NCBI GenBank assembly: GCA_934660865.1
Contig: CAKUIA010000002.1
Span: 60,001 to 92,000 of the forward strand
Origin: an uncultured Opitutales bacterium
GTDB lineage: Bacteria; Verrucomicrobiota; Verrucomicrobiia; Opitutales; Intestinicryptomonadaceae
Length of the DNA stretch: 32,000 nt
Reading direction: 5' to 3'
Position numbers and translations under genes: made by a program. This document shows, in pieces, positions 31,042 to 32,000 of the stretch; the stretch's first letter is position 1, and every line of letters begins with the position of its first letter. Under the pieces are notes generated by a model. It searched no databases, was not told where the DNA came from, and saw only the letters and a program-made list of their open reading frames with translations.

Positions 31042-31140
31042 CCACTATTGCAACTTTTGCGGACTTTGTAAAATAAAATTAAAGCTTTAAGCGAATATTG
31101 TCGCAACCCGACAACAGCCACATAGTTGCAACTTTCGGGA
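31042..31140. repeat. Two copies of a CCAC-N3/4-TTGCAACTTT-(N0/2)-CGGA motif flanking a palindrome, in the pflB / GH28 divergent intergenic region
   Basis: Exact 10-mer TTGCAACTTT at 31048-31057 and 31126-31135 with similar flanks. Between them lies TTGTCG-N5-CGACAA (31098-31114). Confidence 0.45.
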
Positions 31141-31254
31141 AATGCGCGCTTTTTAAACGCCGTTTTTTTGCGATATTATGTTAGGCGTAAAACATCGTTT
31201 ACCTTGCAAAATTTATAACTTAAAAATAAACAGTCTCTTAAAACACTATATATT

Positions 31255-32000
31255 ATGAAAATTACCGCAAAAATTTTGGCTATTTTATCGGCTTGCCTTG
31301 CGCTTTGCGCATGCAATTCCTTCAACAAAACTGGCTACGAAACAGTCAGGGTTGCAGCCCCATTCGATATGCCCGATATTGTTCTTGCAGACTTTCCCTC
31401 CAACGACTTTTTTATAACCGACTTCGGCGCAAAAAGCGGCGGTAAAACGGACAACACAAACGCCATTGCAGCGGCAATAGACGCCTGCAGCAAAGCTGGC
31501 GGCGGCAGGGTTGTTGTACCCGCAGGCAAATGGAAAACGGGGCCGATACACTTAAAAAGCAATATAAATTTGTATCTTAGCGACAATTCCGAACTTGTCT
31601 TTTCGGGCAATCCCTCCGACTACCTGCCCGCGGTGCTCTCTTCGTGGGAGGGCATAGAATGCTACAACTATTCGCCGCTTATTTATGCCGTAAACTGCCA
31701 AAACATTGCAATTACGGGCAAGGGCACCCTGCGCGCCGAAATGCAGGTTTGGAAAACGTGGATGGGCCGCCCCCAGGCGCATATAGACGCATTAAGGCAG
31801 CTTTACACCTACTGCTCTACAAACGTTGTCGTAGAAAACCGCCAAATGGCCGTCGGCGAAAACAATCTTCGCCCGCAATTTATACAATTTAACCGCTGCA
31901 AAAACATAAGGCTTGAAAACTTTAAGATTGTAGACAGCCCATTTTGGACAATACATATCTTCCTTTCCGAAAACGGGCTTATACGCAATGTGGATATTAG
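31255..32000 (+). CDS. GH28 glycoside hydrolase (exo-polygalacturonase-like) lipoprotein; the 3' end runs off the right edge
   Basis: Absent from the ORF track because it is open to the window edge. My translation from ATG 31255 gives MKITAKILAILSACLALCACNS (lipobox), then ITDFGAKSGGKTDNTNAIAAAIDACSKAGGGRVVVPAGKWKTGPIHLKSNINLYL and RPQFIQFNRCKNIRLENFKIVDSPFWTIHI, which are typical GH28 N-terminal beta-helix turns. Confidence 0.8.
   Translation, partial: MKITAKILAILSACLALCACNSFNKTGYETVRVAAPFDMPDIVLADFPSNDFFITDFGAKSGGKTDNTNAIAAAIDACSKAGGGRVVVPAGKWKTGPIHLKSNINLYLSDNSELVFSGNPSDYLPAVLSSWEGIECYNYSPLIYAVNCQNIAITGKGTLRAEMQVWKTWMGRPQAHIDALRQLYTYCSTNVVVENRQMAVGENNLRPQFIQFNRCKNIRLENFKIVDSPFWTIHIFLSENGLIRNVDI

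Noticed and set aside
31098-31114. Assigning the TTGTCG-N5-CGACAA palindrome to Rex, Fnr or CRP.
   Set aside because: Arm sequence and spacing do not match TTGTGAA-N4-TTCACAA (Rex), TTGAT-N4-ATCAA (Fnr) or TGTGA-N6-TCACA (CRP). It is kept only as an unassigned candidate operator.
31117-31131. Sigma-54 promoter-like GCCAC-N4-TTGCA.
   Set aside because: The invariant GG of the -24 element is GC here. The spacing is also one nt short of TGGCAC-N5-TTGC, and the other repeat copy is shorter still.

Overview
This window reads as ordinary chromosomal DNA from an anaerobic, diderm, glycan-degrading bacterium. The supporting signs are lipobox lipoproteins, a PEP-CTERM protein, pyruvate formate-lyase, and GH92, GH28 and clan GH-A hydrolases. 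A PVC-type lineage (Lentisphaerota or Verrucomicrobiota-like) is only a weak guess. I support 22 CDS, 1 gene fragment and 1 tRNA.

Left to right, the window contains:
- A GH92-like gene, open at the left edge and missing from the ORF track.
- A divergent cluster on the + strand: a small secreted protein followed by two tandem paralogous clan GH-A hydrolases.
- A tightly packed minus-strand operon: Zn-alcohol dehydrogenase, cupin D-lyxose/D-mannose isomerase, PfkB kinase, class I (LacD/YihT-like) aldolase.
- A tetR-MFP-RND-OMF efflux operon.
- A GH28-like gene and a metallophosphoesterase.
- thiC directly behind glnD.
- tRNA-Gly(CCC), followed by an AT-rich scar holding only the C-terminal DUF4143 part of an AAA ATPase gene.
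- A PEP-CTERM beta-helix protein.
- An orphan DUF5131 (phage Gp37/Gp68 family) gene with a Cys-rich tail.
- pflB-pflA followed by an Isf-type Fe-S flavoprotein.
- A second GH28 gene, open at the right edge and also missing from the ORF track.

I found no CRISPR array, integrase, transposase, toxin-antitoxin pair or recognisable defence system. The most promising candidates for undescribed biology are:
- The four-gene dehydrogenase/isomerase/kinase/aldolase sugar module, whose substrate is unknown.
- The tandem GH-A paralogs with an unusual NEWDGGCGM acid/base motif.
- The DUF5131 protein with its CX2CX6CX2CX2CX2C tail, next to an Fe-S flavoprotein and a radical-SAM activase.

All family calls come from motifs I recognised by eye. 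No database search was run.
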